Part shown: positions 62,845 to 64,000 of the stretch, in pieces
Layout of the letters: the number at the start of each line of letters is the position of its first letter
How positions within the stretch are numbered: the stretch's first letter is position 1
Assembly (NCBI GenBank): GCA_902608385.1
Contig: CACLNT010000007.1
Span: forward strand, 3,879 to 67,878
DNA from: an uncultured Pelagibacteraceae bacterium
GTDB taxonomy: Bacteria; Pseudomonadota; Alphaproteobacteria; Pelagibacterales; Pelagibacteraceae
Length of the DNA: 64,000 nt
Direction: 5' to 3'
Made by a program: the position numbers and the translations under genes
Notes under the pieces: model-generated
What the model was told of the DNA's origin: nothing
The model's database searches: none
What the model saw: only the letters and a program-made list of their open reading frames with translations

Positions 62845-64000
62845 GCAAATTTTTTTATGCACTATATGATTTAGCAAATTCAGCTTACACTATGATTGTT
62901 ATAACATTTGTTACGTCAGCTTACTTTGCAAACCAAATTGTAGGAGATCCGCAAGTAGGAGCAGCTTACTGGCAATGGACTGCAGGTCTCTGTGGAATTG
63001 TAATTGCATTGAGCGGACCTTTCCTTGGAGCTCTAGCTGACAAAAAACCAAAAGGTAAAATAAATTTCTTACAAATATTTACTTTACTTTGCATCTTAAC
63101 GACTTGCTTCTTCTGGTTTGCTAAGCCACATCCAAATTATATTTTATTTACTTTAATTATTTTTTTTATTTCAAATTATTGTTACGAAGTTGGATCTATA
63201 TTTTATAATTCATTATTAAAAAAATGTTCTAATGAAAATAACATTGGAAAAACTTCAGGCTTTGGTTTTGCTTTAGGTTATATTGGATCTGTTCCAATAA
63301 TATTATTAACTTTATATTTATTTGTTTTACCTGAACAAGTTCCTTTTGGTTTAGATAAAAATAATTTTGAACATATAAGATTCATTCCTTTTGTGGTTGC
63401 ACTTTGGTTTTTATTTTTTTCTTTACCAATGATTTATTATTTTAAAAAAAAAATCTCTTATGATGATAATTATGATTCAGTTCCAGTATTTAAAAAAATA
63501 ATTGAAATAATTTGGCAAAATAAATTTACTTCTACAGGAAAATTTCTTTTAGCAAGAATGATTTACTCTGATGCTTTAATTGTACTTATAGCAGGCGGTG
63601 GCGTATATGCTTCAGGTGTTTTTGGTTTTACTCCAGCTGAATTATTAAAACTTGCAATCGCTGGAAACATTGTTGCATTCATCGGAGTTTTGATTGGTGG
63701 ATATTTAAATGATAAACTTTCATCTAAAATAATTATTTTAACTTGTATTGCGGTATTAACAGCTACAGTCTTTTACGGATCTATGATTGCACAAACGAAA
63801 AATGAATTCTTTTATAATGTTATGGTGATTTCTTTTTTTATCGGCTCCATTCAAAGTGCAAGTAGAGTAATGATGACAAATTTATTAAATAAAAATGATT
63901 TAGGAAAAGGTTTTGGTTTGTTTAGCTTCTCAGGAAGAGTTACTGCGTTTGCTGGACCATTAACGGTTGGAACTTTAACTTATTTATATTCTCAAAGGAT
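62841..64000 (+). CDS. MFS transporter, ATG22/UMF1-like (3' end runs off the window)
   Basis: Not in the ORF track. From ATG 62841: MSKFFYALYDLANSAY...GPFLGALAD...FYNSLL...SGFGFALGYIG...QSASR; multiple TM segments. Confidence 0.85.
   Translation, partial: MSKFFYALYDLANSAYTMIVITFVTSAYFANQIVGDPQVGAAYWQWTAGLCGIVIALSGPFLGALADKKPKGKINFLQIFTLLCILTTCFFWFAKPHPNYILFTLIIFFISNYCYEVGSIFYNSLLKKCSNENNIGKTSGFGFALGYIGSVPIILLTLYLFVLPEQVPFGLDKNNFEHIRFIPFVVALWFLFFSLPMIYYFKKKISYDDNYDSVPVFKKIIEIIWQNKFTSTGKFLLARMIYSDALIVLIAGGGVYASGVFGFTPAELLKLAIAGNIVAFIGVLIGGYLNDKLSSKIIILTCIAVLTATVFYGSMIAQTKNEFFYNVMVISFFIGSIQSASRVMMTNLLNKNDLGKGFGLFSFSGRVTAFAGPLTVGTLTYLYSQR

Overview
AT-rich, tightly packed alphaproteobacterial DNA whose gene content, minimal spacers and two-piece tmRNA point to SAR11/Pelagibacteraceae (inferred, no search run). 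Positions 1-38100 are mostly core genes: rluD, tRNA-Arg(UCG), ABC-2 exporter, sua5, xseB-ispA-dxs, aroC, pdxH, ispB, S49-glyQS-ppdK, nadAC, selO, permuted ssrA, a GT-C-like protein, thyX, mrp, hflKC-degP-miaA-ilvBNC-leuA-mreBCD-mrdA-rodA. Positions 38196-62100 form a cell-surface island with three autotransporter-like genes, two PilY1 paralogs, a GAF-PP2C phosphatase, pilD, three tandem type IVa pilins, fimU/pilV/W/X and pilT. An HTH protein and a partial MFS transporter follow. Main unusual signals: (1) an autotransporter whose beta-barrel is followed by a long coiled coil and a C-terminal membrane helix, a candidate envelope-spanning protein; (2) a pilin array with a nucleotide-identical 95-bp 5' segment and unrelated heads; (3) a 35-bp duplication that creates an 11-codon coupling minigene; (4) two PilY1s with variable propellers inserted into a split vWA domain and signs of gene conversion.
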